Virus record (IMG/VR): IMGVR_UViG_3300018080_000001 | Coordinates: 32,001 to 96,000 of that record | Origin: a virus | Strand: one strand, 5' to 3' | Length of the DNA: 64,000 nt | Shown here: in pieces, positions 28,496 through 39,221 of the stretch | Numbering within the stretch: the stretch's first letter is position 1 | Layout of the letters: every line of letters begins with the position of its first letter | Position numbers and translations under genes: made by a program | The notes under the pieces: generated by a model | What the model was told of the DNA's origin: nothing | Seen by the model: the letters and a program-made list of their open reading frames with translations, nothing else | Databases searched by the model: none

Positions 28496-28535
28496 TTTAC
28501 TTCAATTCCCCTTTCAATATTTCAAACTACATCTA

Positions 28536-28563
28536 AATATATCAAGATGCAAAAATAAGTCAA
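28536..28563 (-). promoter_or_regulatory. sigma70-like promoter for the regulator gene
   Basis: TTGACT-N16-TATATT. Confidence 0.5.
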
Positions 28564-28569
28564 CAAAAA

Positions 28570-29364
28570 TCATTCACCCCAAATATGAACATTATCAATT
28601 GACCAATCATAATTATCATTCCCTGTGTATTGAAAAATAATTCTGAATATATTTTTATCTAACCAAAGATACCGATCTAAATCGTGTACTTGATCTTCTC
28701 CATTACTAAAGGTAAAACTCTGTCTAATAACCCAATTGGGCTCTAATCCGGAGAATTGAACACCCACATTAGCAATATCATCAGAAGATTCTGGATCATC
28801 ATCATAATCATGTTCATACTCCAGTATTACCTTGTCGCAACCTGTCGCATCCAACCATGGAGATGCTAGTCTTACAGAAATTTTAGTACCAGATTCTTCT
28901 GAAGAAACTTCCATATAATACTCAGAAAAAATATTCAAACATTCCCAATTCCCCGTAGTATCCCATCCTGAAGAAAAACAATTACTAAAATTATCAAAAA
29001 ACTCTAAATTACAAATATCTCCTGTATCACTGTCTGTATCAGAATCTACGTCACTATCAGTATCACTGTCTGTATCACTGTCTGTATCACTGTCTGTATC
29101 ACTGTCTGTATCACTGTCTGTATCACTGTCTGTATCACTGTCAGTATCACTGTCTGTATCACTGTCTGTATCACTGTCTGTATCACTGTCTGTATCACTG
29201 TCTGTATCAGAATCTACGTCACTATCTGTATCGCTATCCGAATCTCCGTCTACATCAGAATCAACATCAGCATCAGAATCTCCCCCATCTTCCACAATAA
29301 AAGAAGAAGCCTCTTCTCCGCAGCCAAAAACCATAAAAACACAAAAAATAGTTATATAACGCAT
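28570..29364 (-). CDS. Lipoprotein with a DSDT-repeat stalk and a C-terminal beta-sandwich (adhesin/MAM-like) domain
   Basis: Signal peptide ending in VFGC (lipobox), an Asp-Ser/Thr repeat, then FFDNF..GW...[12 protein letters not shown]. Confidence 0.8.
   Translation of the reverse strand: MRYITIFCVFMVFGCGEEASSFIVEDGGDSDADVDSDVDGDSDSDTDSDVDSDTDSDTDSDTDSDTDSDTDSDTDSDTDSDTDSDTDSDTDSDTDSDTDSDTDSDVDSDTDSDTGDICNLEFFDNFSNCFSSGWDTTGNWECLNIFSEYYMEVSSEESGTKISVRLASPWLDATGCDKVILEYEHDYDDDPESSDDIANVGVQFSGLEPNWVIRQSFTFSNGEDQVHDLDRYLWLDKNIFRIIFQYTGNDNYDWSIDNVHIWGE
29023..29240. repeat. 12-bp tandem repeat (tgtatcactgtc) encoding DSDT
   Basis: 13 consecutive DSDT units between two DSDV units, plus degenerate flanks. 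Confidence 0.95.
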
Positions 29365-29407
29365 AGATCCCCTCCTTTAGCAGGACTTTTTAATAACTCC
29401 TAACTAA

Positions 29408-29435
29408 AAAATAACAATAAAAAATAATCTGTCAA
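29408..29435 (-). promoter_or_regulatory. sigma70-like promoter for the lipoprotein gene
   Basis: TTGACA-N16-TATTTT with an extended -10 TG. Confidence 0.5.
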
Positions 29436-29452
29436 TATGTAAAGCTAACTTT

Positions 29453-32400
29453 TTAGAAAAATACAGGCGTCCACGAACCAAACGCATCCCAACTATCTAC
29501 TAAATTGTTATCATTACCACCAGCAGTAGAATAACTGGTAATACCAGGTATAGTATAAAGAACAGCAAAATTAACAGTATAAGACGCAACCAAAGCGTTA
29601 TTATTCGCGGTAATCCAACTAGCTCCAGTAGGAGTAGCTACACTAAAAGCTTGTGCGCTACCCGTATCATTATGAACAGTATTATCTCTAATATGTCCTC
29701 TAACATTTACCGGAGCAGCGCTCACATCAACATATAAGCCTACCCCATTACCCGAAGGGGCTATATTCCAAATTTCATTATCACCCACAGTCCATTGACC
29801 GGAATGATCATCATCTATAAAGATGTGTGTTATAAGTCCAACCCCGGATATTCCGGTATTTAACTGTCTTGTTGTATTTCCTATTATAGAAAAATCACTA
29901 CAATTTATACTTACAAAAATGTTAACACTACCGGCATAAATATTAGCACCAGCATATCCTTTCAATACCACACTATTATTTGTAATATCAAAAGAATCAC
30001 CGCTAACCCAAATACCATAACAAGCAGCCGTATTATCTACAGGATCAATCGTTACATCGTTCTCACAAATACTTTCATGTTCAACACCCGCCGTATAAAT
30101 ACCAAATCTCCCAGCTATAATCTTATTATTTCTAATAACTCCGTAATCCACTCTTCCAAAAACACCATAATGTGTGGAACCAATAGTATTACCACTAATA
30201 TCTAAATTAGTTGGACTATTTATAACAGTCTGTATGCCGTACGCTGTATTAGCAGCCGGATTAACATCTATATAAACAGTATTCTCATGAATACTTACTT
30301 CACCAACATTTAAATCCCCAGTAACAGACCTTGCATCGTAAACAATACCGTGTGTATTACTAGCCACATTTTTAGCACAAGAAACGTTATTATTGCAAAT
30401 ACGTACGCCGTTAACACTTGGTGTAGAAGTATCAGGATCATCAGGATATAGTTTCAGATATATTCCATATAAATCATTCCCCGCTTTGCTTATCTCACTA
30501 ATAGTATTATTATCTATGGATAATCCATGTATCTCCGCATCATCACCCGCCCCACTTCCAGAAATATCTACATGAATACCGTAACAATCGTTTAAACTAT
30601 ACAAATCAGTTAATTTACTTATATTATTATTATTAACAATAACACCACGAATCTCATCTAAAGTTGCACTAACCGTTACAGCAATATCAATCGCTTCAAG
30701 ATTAAGATAAGAACCACTCGCAGAATTATCCTTATACCCATCGTATATATTATTATCACAAACTTCGAAACCTGATAAAACTGTAGCCCCGCCATAGGAT
30801 GCACTAATATCTGCACGAATACCCCGTTCGTAACAACCAAATATATTATTGTTCTTTACCGAAATATAATCAGCACTTTCCAAATAAATGCCGGTACCAT
30901 TATAAATGGAATAGTTATTATCTAATGATCCATTTGTACTTTGTCTAATAACATAACCAGAAGTATTATTTCCGCTGATAAAAACTGGAGCATAAGTAAT
31001 ACCACCAATAACAGTATTGCCTGATATATTGAAATAATTACAGGCAAATAATTGTATTCCCCAATTTGTAAAACCAGAATCATACTCTACAAACACAACA
31101 TTATCTTTGATATTCACATTATCAACACCAGACAATGTAACAGCAACAACATAACTAAGCGCATCTGTTTTAGCGATAATAATATTATCCCTTATCCAGA
31201 AAAAATAGTTATTTGCAGAAGTGCTACCGATGTCTAAAAAACTTTGTGCACTCGTTTGTCCACCACCCTCAAAAATATTTCCCACAATATATACACTGTT
31301 AACATCAGTAACAGCATCAAAATTCTCAAAAATATCACCCGTACTATCTACATAATTATCAGAAATATAAACATTAGAAAGAGTGCCACCACCTAATCTA
31401 AAATTAAATATCCTATAACCATTGGAAATACCCGCAGATAAAGCAGAATATATAAACTTGCAATTATCTACTTTAGTATCATTCGCCATCAAGAAAACAT
31501 TTCCGCTATTATTAACATCGGTAATAGCCGCATTAAAACGTAAACCAGATACTCTACAACCCTCTGATAAAACCCATGCGGCAGAGCTATCTACAGCATA
31601 ATCCCACGTGATAACATCAGAATCCTTAGAAATTCCCACGACATCAACGTGTGTCGGCTGTGTTATAGGATAACCCTCATAAATAAAATTATCTCCCGTA
31701 ACCTTTATTTCAACTCGTTCCACCTGCTCACGATCCATAGTCTTGTGAACACGTGCATGTAGAAATGCAGCCCATAAATTATCAAATGCCGCTAACTTAG
31801 TTGGCGCAAGCAAAGTAGCTTTATGCCACCGTCTGTCCGCGACAGACCAATCATCTACAGGACCATTAATATTACGAGAAACATCAAGCCAACCAGTTAT
31901 AACCCCGGCAGATGCTTGCACGTAGTAAAGAGGCACACCCTTTTCCGCAAAATCCCAATCCCCACTAATATAAGGACTGTCTATATCCGCGTTCCTATTA
32001 TATGTAGATCCAATAACCCACATCATAGCAGCATCTAAATCATTATTAAATACCGTTGACGCACCAATATCCATTGACTGTATAACACCATTATAATCTG
32101 CATATACTAATGTATTAGTATTATCTATCACAACCAAAGTAGGATCAGCGGGAATATTTAACCTTTGCCCGCGACAATAAGCATGTCCGCCACGAACCGG
32201 AAAATTAAGATTAACGCCTAAAGAAGCATCAGTTTCAAAACTACCATTCAGTTCATCCCTAGAAAATAGAATTCCGGAGTAATGAAGCTCATCCGTAGAA
32301 TAATAATCCGTAACGGCTAATGCCTCATCCGCCATCTCATATGCACATAGATTCCCGTAATGCCTACGATCAATAGTGTGACGAACACCGCCACCCGCCT

Positions 32401-34108
32401 GAAAATCTGTCTCCCAACCTAAAGCACCTCTAGTTTGATCCCACCAATAAAGAAGGGAACCAATTTTCATATTTTGATCGTAATCCAAATGTGCATAAAC
32501 AGTTATAGTGTCTGAAGTGGTAGCCGCTGGTAATTTTACGTCTGGACTCGGACCATACGAAGATCTATTCACATATAAATCAATCCAGTGAACTCCAGTA
32601 TCGTCATAGAGTCTTATAATTTGTCCTTCTGGATCAGAAGCACCAGGAGGAACAGTATTGTCAATAGTTACTGTATCTCCCGTAGTTCCACCCGTAGGAC
32701 CCCAAGAAAAAGTATATACAGCGGCAGCAACCACGCAATTCAAATCATATGTGGTAGTAGCTGGATGATCATCGGACATATCAATAATCCAAGTACCAGT
32801 AACCGTGCGCACGGGCAAAGTAGCGGGATTAGTATCCGTACGCAAATTAACTACCAGGGCTTCGTTCTGATCCACATATACTTCATATAACTTCGAACCC
32901 TCTTTTACCGTGGTTCCTAATGCTCCGGCAGTAAAATTAGCCGGTGTAAACAAAATAGAAGTAGGACTCATACCATCTAATTTTTTACCATTTACGTAGT
33001 ATAAATCACCAGCAATGGGTGGTTGTACATTCAAGGTATCGCCACCTGGTGGTGTATTAATAGTTAAGCTCATTGCAAAAGTATTTAAATAAGATCCTCT
33101 CCAAATACCGTTGCAATGCTGAATATCCTGATGCTCTTCTAATAAACTTAAGGTAGCTGCACCTTCAATATTATCAGCACTAAGACCATGCGGATTATTA
33201 GGACCTACAATTCCGGTGCCTATAAAGTTCCGATGTAACGTGTCTTCACCAGTTAATCTGGGAATATCTTGATAATATAAATTAACAATGGTTATAGTCT
33301 CTGTAGTAGAACCTCCAATAACCGGCAACAAGGATATAATTACCTGTACACGAATTGTATTACCGGAACCATCCGCTATGTCCCTAATCTCATCTACAGT
33401 AAATGTCTCCACAGGACCAAGACCGCCCGTAGAAGACTGCCAACGAAGGGTATAATTAGGCGCACCTGTGTCATCATAAGTAAGCGTCCCATCCCCCGTA
33501 GGAGTACTAGAATCTACGGCAAGAATGGTAACACCAGTAATCGTAGTCAAAACCGTGGGGCTAGCATAAAGAATATTATTATAAACAGTGGGGTTAAAAA
33601 TATTGGAAGTGGTTAACGCATTCCCCACACCATTAGCACTAACTTTACCAATTAAAAGACACCTGTCCCTCGCGTCATTAGCCAGATTATTATCCGTTAA
33701 GGGAAGTGCTAAAAAATTAGTTTCACTATATACCCGTATTCTCCAAGCTAATGCCGCCTCCGTGGGGTATACGTTTCCATCGCTCTCATGAGGCTGATTA
33801 CCAATGTCGTCTTCAGTATAAACAGCGCAAACATAATTCACTACACCTAAAGTATAATCATCAAGAACAATAGAATAATAGTCACTAGTAGTACTGATAA
33901 ATTCCCCATTAGGCACGTAACCTGTTAGTTGCTTTATATCAATACGAGTATTATCCACTGCGTTAATTGTGATCTCACCCCCGGATTCCATTCCGCGAGA
34001 AGTCCAATCAACACGATTGCGCTTTATTTCTTCTGCTTTAGAAGTTTCAGTACGTCGTAATGCAACCTGATCCACCAAAACCCCATCGGGATATCTACTA
34101 CCTCTCAT
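29453..34108 (-). CDS. Tail fibre/tailspike with a C-terminal parallel beta-helix
   Basis: 1551 aa at the end of the baseplate cluster; the C-terminal half has many I.xN.I / GI.x right-handed beta-helix repeats. Confidence 0.8.
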   Translation of the reverse strand: MRGSRYPDGVLVDQVALRRTETSKAEEIKRNRVDWTSRGMESGGEITINAVDNTRIDIKQLTGYVPNGEFISTTSDYYSIVLDDYTLGVVNYVCAVYTEDDIGNQPHESDGNVYPTEAALAWRIRVYSETNFLALPLTDNNLANDARDRCLLIGKVSANGVGNALTTSNIFNPTVYNNILYASPTVLTTITGVTILAVDSSTPTGDGTLTYDDTGAPNYTLRWQSSTGGLGPVETFTVDEIRDIADGSGNTIRVQVIISLLPVIGGSTTETITIVNLYYQDIPRLTGEDTLHRNFIGTGIVGPNNPHGLSADNIEGAATLSLLEEHQDIQHCNGIWRGSYLNTFAMSLTINTPPGGDTLNVQPPIAGDLYYVNGKKLDGMSPTSILFTPANFTAGALGTTVKEGSKLYEVYVDQNEALVVNLRTDTNPATLPVRTVTGTWIIDMSDDHPATTTYDLNCVVAAAVYTFSWGPTGGTTGDTVTIDNTVPPGASDPEGQIIRLYDDTGVHWIDLYVNRSSYGPSPDVKLPAATTSDTITVYAHLDYDQNMKIGSLLYWWDQTRGALGWETDFQAGGGVRHTIDRRHYGNLCAYEMADEALAVTDYYSTDELHYSGILFSRDELNGSFETDASLGVNLNFPVRGGHAYCRGQRLNIPADPTLVVIDNTNTLVYADYNGVIQSMDIGASTVFNNDLDAAMMWVIGSTYNRNADIDSPYISGDWDFAEKGVPLYYVQASAGVITGWLDVSRNINGPVDDWSVADRRWHKATLLAPTKLAAFDNLWAAFLHARVHKTMDREQVERVEIKVTGDNFIYEGYPITQPTHVDVVGISKDSDVITWDYAVDSSAAWVLSEGCRVSGLRFNAAITDVNNSGNVFLMANDTKVDNCKFIYSALSAGISNGYRIFNFRLGGGTLSNVYISDNYVDSTGDIFENFDAVTDVNSVYIVGNIFEGGGQTSAQSFLDIGSTSANNYFFWIRDNIIIAKTDALSYVVAVTLSGVDNVNIKDNVVFVEYDSGFTNWGIQLFACNYFNISGNTVIGGITYAPVFISGNNTSGYVIRQSTNGSLDNNYSIYNGTGIYLESADYISVKNNNIFGCYERGIRADISASYGGATVLSGFEVCDNNIYDGYKDNSASGSYLNLEAIDIAVTVSATLDEIRGVIVNNNNISKLTDLYSLNDCYGIHVDISGSGAGDDAEIHGLSIDNNTISEISKAGNDLYGIYLKLYPDDPDTSTPSVNGVRICNNNVSCAKNVASNTHGIVYDARSVTGDLNVGEVSIHENTVYIDVNPAANTAYGIQTVINSPTNLDISGNTIGSTHYGVFGRVDYGVIRNNKIIAGRFGIYTAGVEHESICENDVTIDPVDNTAACYGIWVSGDSFDITNNSVVLKGYAGANIYAGSVNIFVSINCSDFSIIGNTTRQLNTGISGVGLITHIFIDDDHSGQWTVGDNEIWNIAPSGNGVGLYVDVSAAPVNVRGHIRDNTVHNDTGSAQAFSVATPTGASWITANNNALVASYTVNFAVLYTIPGITSYSTAGGNDNNLVDSWDAFGSWTPVFF

Positions 34109-34120
34109 TTTATTCTCCTG

Positions 34121-34600
34121 TTACCACCAAGCCCAACGATCCTGAAGTCCCTTCGGCCATTCGGACTTGGGAATATTAACTTTCTGCCCAGCATACTTTC
34201 TAGCTGCTTTTTCAAACCTGTTATCATAATAACTATGTTTATCCTTCATAAACAACCAAATAAAAATACTATTAAATATATACAAAAAAGGAAGTAAAAT
34301 ACCAAATATATACTGTTGATAACAATGCATAGTTTCATGCTTTATTGTTCTTCTCCATCTCTCTCCATTAGTATCCACAACAAATATATTACTACCGCAA
34401 CTATAACCCGCCCAGCCTTTTTCCTTAAAAAATTTTCTACAAAACCACCCATCATCACGCATATCCCAAGTTAAAATATAATTAGAATCAAAATCAAGCT
34501 TTGATATTTGTCCTGTAATAGCCAAGAATATTCCTAGTAACCAACCCCAAATAGAAAGTGGCATCGACCAAAGAAAACCTAGTAAATAAACTATAGACAT
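34121..34600 (-). CDS. Membrane-associated HEXXH protein
   Basis: Hydrophobic segments, HETMHCYQQ, YYDNRFEKAAR. Confidence 0.65.
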   Translation of the reverse strand: MSIVYLLGFLWSMPLSIWGWLLGIFLAITGQISKLDFDSNYILTWDMRDDGWFCRKFFKEKGWAGYSCGSNIFVVDTNGERWRRTIKHETMHCYQQYIFGILLPFLYIFNSIFIWLFMKDKHSYYDNRFEKAARKYAGQKVNIPKSEWPKGLQDRWAWW

Positions 34601-34609
34601 TTTTACCTC

Positions 34610-37600
34610 CTATGCCGGTTCAGTAAGAGCGGGTACCCACCTGTTTACTCCAAACGCGTGTAAGCACTTCAAGGTCATAGACCTAATTCTAAAATCTCGT
34701 AAATCACGTATACCTGTAACAGATAACCTCAATTGATGAAAATCATGATCATTTCTAATATTTTCATTTCTTTCTATAGTATTCCATGAAGCAGCCAAAC
34801 ACGCGGCGTTATTAATGCCAGAACGATGTTCAAAAACTTCCGTCAATCTACTCTTACCATAAACTCTCTTTTCCTTATGACTTAAAAAATAAGTAGCCCC
34901 CGCAATTAACTGTGAAAGATCGATCTCCACTGTTTTAGAATCCAGATATCTCCAGTATCTTTGGGACAACGTATAAGTATTAGAACCGTCTTCCACATTT
35001 ATATTAGAATCTGACATATTCATAGTAGATTGTTCTACTAGAGTTGCTCGTCCATTATTAGGATTGAAAAATAAGGGAATCGTAGCATCATATTCCCCCT
35101 GTTCCTTATCCAAACGATCCCATAAAAAATAGTCTGCAAATATTATATGATCAATCAAATTGTAACCTGTTAAATCCATGACCGGAACTGTAACCTGATA
35201 TATTAAACCATAATCTATTGTATATACGGAAGAAGCAGAATAACTAGAAGTAATTGTAACCTGATTAGCCGCAGTAAAACTCCATAAATCGTTTGGAAAA
35301 GCAATACCATCCTCGTATAAAATAGCATTAACCTGATCTTGATCAGAAGCATAAGTCAAAGTTGCTACCCAGTTTGGACCAACCGGGGTAAAAGATAACT
35401 GCTCATCTTCTACAGGCAAAAGCGTAGGATATACATAAGCATAGACAAAAGGATCAGACGCACTTATCGTTGTATTCACATGCGTGCAAACACTAAAATC
35501 AGCCTCACTAATAGCCCCAAACAAATTAGTGGGATTATTATTAGAATCGTATTCAGTTACATCCAATAAATCAATAGAAGAATTTGCAGCAGATATTCTA
35601 CGAGCATGACCCTGATTAACCGTAGTATCAGTAATTGTCACATCTCTATTCGTAGTTGCTGCCGGTGGAGTTCCGCTCAAAATTTTTAATAAACTCCACG
35701 TTATCGAAACTGTAATAGTAGAACCATCCGCAGAAGTTAGTATATAAGATCCATTACCCACCAAAGAAACCCAAGCACCGTAAGTACTTCCAAGTGTCTC
35801 CCACCTTAATCTTCTTGTATCCCCCACACTATTATATTCATATTCTATATTACCTACCCCAGCCGGTGTAGTTTCAGATATATGCGTTATTTCAACTCCG
35901 GATAAAGGTATAGTAATATTAGATTTTTTATGTCTTAATCCTAAGTATTCCTTCTCCAACAGGGATAAAGGATGCGGAGACCATAACCAAACCAATTCAC
36001 CAAAATACTGTCTGTGTCTGCTTCTCACCTGCGTAACTGTAGCCAAATAACTTGAAGAAATTAAATTAATTCCCACATTCATTGCATCTATAGAAAACTT
36101 TATATTACCTCCAGGTTTATCAATAGCAACAGATACTAAAATACCATTATCTAAACTCCCTGGTGGAACTGAATCGGGAGGTACTATAGTCTCAAACTCA
36201 GCGTATGTTGCTCCCTCATAACCTAAACCCCCGGTATCTACTACAATGGGAAATGCACCACTGCCTACCCACGTAGTTCCATTATCAAAACTAAAGGCTA
36301 ATGTTATTGTAGCTACACCCGCACCATAACTTCTGAACCAACCATTTATTTTGGCTTCAAATCCCTCGTAATCATAGAACATCCCCCGACTTCTCTGGGG
36401 AAAATTAGTACCACGTGGACCTGGCCTTGGCATAGGCCAATTCAGCACATGAGAACGAACCTCTAACGCAGTTTCTCCTCCTACAGTCTCCTCTATAATC
36501 CATTTAAACGCAGGATTAGGGTCTAAAGGATCGGGCTTACCTTCAATAACATCAGATGTATCTATAGTGGTTGTAATGGATGGGGGCGGTGTTTCTATCC
36601 ACCAATTATCAGGTGTTTCATCAAAACCATAATTAGTATCATCGGCCACTGTTATTGTGTCTATAGTCACACCGGCAGCAGGTAGTAATGAAGTATCACA
36701 GTTAATCCACAAGCCTAAAATTTGCGCCAAATTATTTCTCGTCCTATTATAACCAATAGAAAAATTTACAACAGCAGTAGCAGGCCAAGGCGCTACTAGA
36801 ACATCCATTAAATCCGTAATACAATTAACATGCAATTGAGCACTTAAGCTATCTGTTAAAATATAATTACCATTTTGTGTTATAGACACCCAAGGACTAT
36901 AAACAGCACCAAACGATCTCCATCTTAATCTCCTAGTCACCGGAGTAACGCTACCATCATATTCGTATTCTAAATCCGCATTGCCCAATACAGAAGGATT
37001 TCCCTGTATTTTATTTATATAAACACCATTTCTGATATTAGGATAAAAAACAAAGTCTCCAGGTTTATTTCCCAATATTATTGGCGCAATGTTCTGTACC
37101 CCGTGCTCTATTTTTATACTAGAATTAGGAGCCAAAGGACACTGTAAAAGTAACTTAGAATTGTAAACAGAAGCAAACGCAGCATATGGCGCACCATAAC
37201 GAACATCTGCCACCAAAGCATTATTTATATCCGTAACAACCGTAGCCAAAGGAACGGCAGCGCCCGGAGTAATTGTTATTGCAATTAAACCGTGGTTATC
37301 AATATCCATATACAAAATATCGTCAACACCAATAGTTATGTTAAAAGTTCCCGCCAACCCTAAGATATAAGCTGCTACTGTACTAGGATAACCCGGTATA
37401 AATAAATCTCCATCAGCAGCCTGTATAGTGGGTCCTGTAATACCGAAAGGCCCCCAATTAAGCTCATTAGTACCCGCAGTATAATATAGTCTGTGCAAAG
37501 CGCTAGGAGTAACATCCGCCTCCACGCCCAAGGGTGTTACTCCAGTTATATTACCCGTAGTAGATATACTATGTGATCTTTCCTTAAACCTATGATTCAT

Positions 37601-38230
37601 AGCCATAGAATGGTCTAAAAACCAATTCGGACCCCACATTCTACGGGAATAACCAAACGGTGGAATTTGAGTAAATTCAGCAACAGCAGTCTCTAAACCC
37701 CTGAACCTAGATCCGTAATTTCTATAACCCAATCTAAGCTCATGAATAAAATTACGATAAGTATCTAAGTCCTGGCCTAAATTATTATATGTTCTTATTG
37801 CCTCTCCAAAATGATCTTCAATCCCATTTATAGTTACGTTCTCTATCGATAAATCATCTTGAGTCTCTTGTATATTATCATCAATATACTCCAGCACTTC
37901 TGCATAAGAAGCTAGCCAAATAGCATAATCCCTCAGAGTAACATAGGATTTTAATTGACGACCATCCAAATGGTCTAACAAAATTATCTCGTTATCCCCT
38001 AGATCTAAATACCTCCAAAAAACAACGTTACCTTCAGCATCGGATAAAACAGTACCCGTAAATTTATCATTTATATAAACACCAAATTCATTAGTAGGTG
38101 TCCCTGTTTCTAGCCTTACTTCCGTCTTACCAGATCGATAAGGCAATACCATGCCCAAAGATCTGTAAAAATCCCCACCAACAATATTATCTATTAACTC
38201 GTTATACCTATATACACCGTCAATAGCCAT
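34610..38230 (-). CDS. Large baseplate wedge/fibre-attachment protein
   Basis: Follows baseplate J. Has a gpI-like segment (LSIENV...FG...QDLDTYR) and repeated beta modules. Confidence 0.65.
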   Translation of the reverse strand: MAIDGVYRYNELIDNIVGGDFYRSLGMVLPYRSGKTEVRLETGTPTNEFGVYINDKFTGTVLSDAEGNVVFWRYLDLGDNEIILLDHLDGRQLKSYVTLRDYAIWLASYAEVLEYIDDNIQETQDDLSIENVTINGIEDHFGEAIRTYNNLGQDLDTYRNFIHELRLGYRNYGSRFRGLETAVAEFTQIPPFGYSRRMWGPNWFLDHSMAMNHRFKERSHSISTTGNITGVTPLGVEADVTPSALHRLYYTAGTNELNWGPFGITGPTIQAADGDLFIPGYPSTVAAYILGLAGTFNITIGVDDILYMDIDNHGLIAITITPGAAVPLATVVTDINNALVADVRYGAPYAAFASVYNSKLLLQCPLAPNSSIKIEHGVQNIAPIILGNKPGDFVFYPNIRNGVYINKIQGNPSVLGNADLEYEYDGSVTPVTRRLRWRSFGAVYSPWVSITQNGNYILTDSLSAQLHVNCITDLMDVLVAPWPATAVVNFSIGYNRTRNNLAQILGLWINCDTSLLPAAGVTIDTITVADDTNYGFDETPDNWWIETPPPSITTTIDTSDVIEGKPDPLDPNPAFKWIIEETVGGETALEVRSHVLNWPMPRPGPRGTNFPQRSRGMFYDYEGFEAKINGWFRSYGAGVATITLAFSFDNGTTWVGSGAFPIVVDTGGLGYEGATYAEFETIVPPDSVPPGSLDNGILVSVAIDKPGGNIKFSIDAMNVGINLISSSYLATVTQVRSRHRQYFGELVWLWSPHPLSLLEKEYLGLRHKKSNITIPLSGVEITHISETTPAGVGNIEYEYNSVGDTRRLRWETLGSTYGAWVSLVGNGSYILTSADGSTITVSITWSLLKILSGTPPAATTNRDVTITDTTVNQGHARRISAANSSIDLLDVTEYDSNNNPTNLFGAISEADFSVCTHVNTTISASDPFVYAYVYPTLLPVEDEQLSFTPVGPNWVATLTYASDQDQVNAILYEDGIAFPNDLWSFTAANQVTITSSYSASSVYTIDYGLIYQVTVPVMDLTGYNLIDHIIFADYFLWDRLDKEQGEYDATIPLFFNPNNGRATLVEQSTMNMSDSNINVEDGSNTYTLSQRYWRYLDSKTVEIDLSQLIAGATYFLSHKEKRVYGKSRLTEVFEHRSGINNAACLAASWNTIERNENIRNDHDFHQLRLSVTGIRDLRDFRIRSMTLKCLHAFGVNRWVPALTEPA

Positions 38231-38231
38231 A

Positions 38232-39221
38232 CTATACCCCGACGCCTTTTTTCACTCCGGTCTTAGATTTAATCTGCGCATCATTTATGAATGACATTTT
38301 TATATCCGATTGTTCACTGTTTATAACACGCAAAGAATCTAAATAATAATACTCATAAGCATTCAACGCCGTATAAGTACCGCCTGCAACTACAGATACA
38401 TCAACTAAACCCGCATAAGCCGCAGATTGACCTTTAGTATCTGTACTAGGAACTACTGTACCCCGCATTCTATTTACAGACACTGTAACCGAATCATGAA
38501 CCGGATTATCGGCAAATACGGCATATGGTCTAAAAACAAAACTCTCTACTATAATACCTGATACGGCATAAGCCGCTGCTACATTATCTGCGTATATTCT
38601 ATACGTGGCCAAAGAAGTTGACATCCCTACTTCAGTATAAATTACTGAACCATTAGCAATAAAATATACTTTATCATTATACCTTAATATCTTAAATGTT
38701 GACAAGCCTCTGGTCCACGGAGTACTATAACTAGTTACCAACGATCCCAAACTATATAAATCACAAACTAAAGTCATCGTACCTTGCGTATCCAGTTCCA
38801 ACCGCATTGAAGCATAATTATTTGCATCTACGTACAAAACATAATTTATTAAATAAACTGTAGAAACAGGGTATACGGTTATATGCGGTATAGTTACCCG
38901 AATCTCCGATTGAACATTAGTCCACACGGCTTTAGACTCAACACCTGCAATAGAACCCCCCACAGCACCTGTATCCAGAGTCAAATGTGAAGATCCTGTG
39001 GTCAAAGAACCGCTGCCCCCAGAAATGTCCGTCCAACGTGATAAATTTAAAACCCCTGCTGTGAAATCATCATTCCACTGAAGCGGATCAAAACCAGATC
39101 CTTCTATAATAAAATTATTTCCCCCCGTAGAAGGACCCCTAAAAGGAGAAACTCCCGTAATGGACATAGCCATTCCATATAAAATACCGGTACCATAAAT
39201 AAATGTATTATACTTAGCCAT
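38232..39221 (-). CDS. Virion protein with IPT/TIG and lectin-like domains
   Basis: ITGVSPFRGPSTGGNNFIIEGSGF (IPT/TIG); N-terminal YNTFIYGTGILYG. Confidence 0.65.
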   Translation of the reverse strand: MAKYNTFIYGTGILYGMAMSITGVSPFRGPSTGGNNFIIEGSGFDPLQWNDDFTAGVLNLSRWTDISGGSGSLTTGSSHLTLDTGAVGGSIAGVESKAVWTNVQSEIRVTIPHITVYPVSTVYLINYVLYVDANNYASMRLELDTQGTMTLVCDLYSLGSLVTSYSTPWTRGLSTFKILRYNDKVYFIANGSVIYTEVGMSTSLATYRIYADNVAAAYAVSGIIVESFVFRPYAVFADNPVHDSVTVSVNRMRGTVVPSTDTKGQSAAYAGLVDVSVVAGGTYTALNAYEYYYLDSLRVINSEQSDIKMSFINDAQIKSKTGVKKGVGV

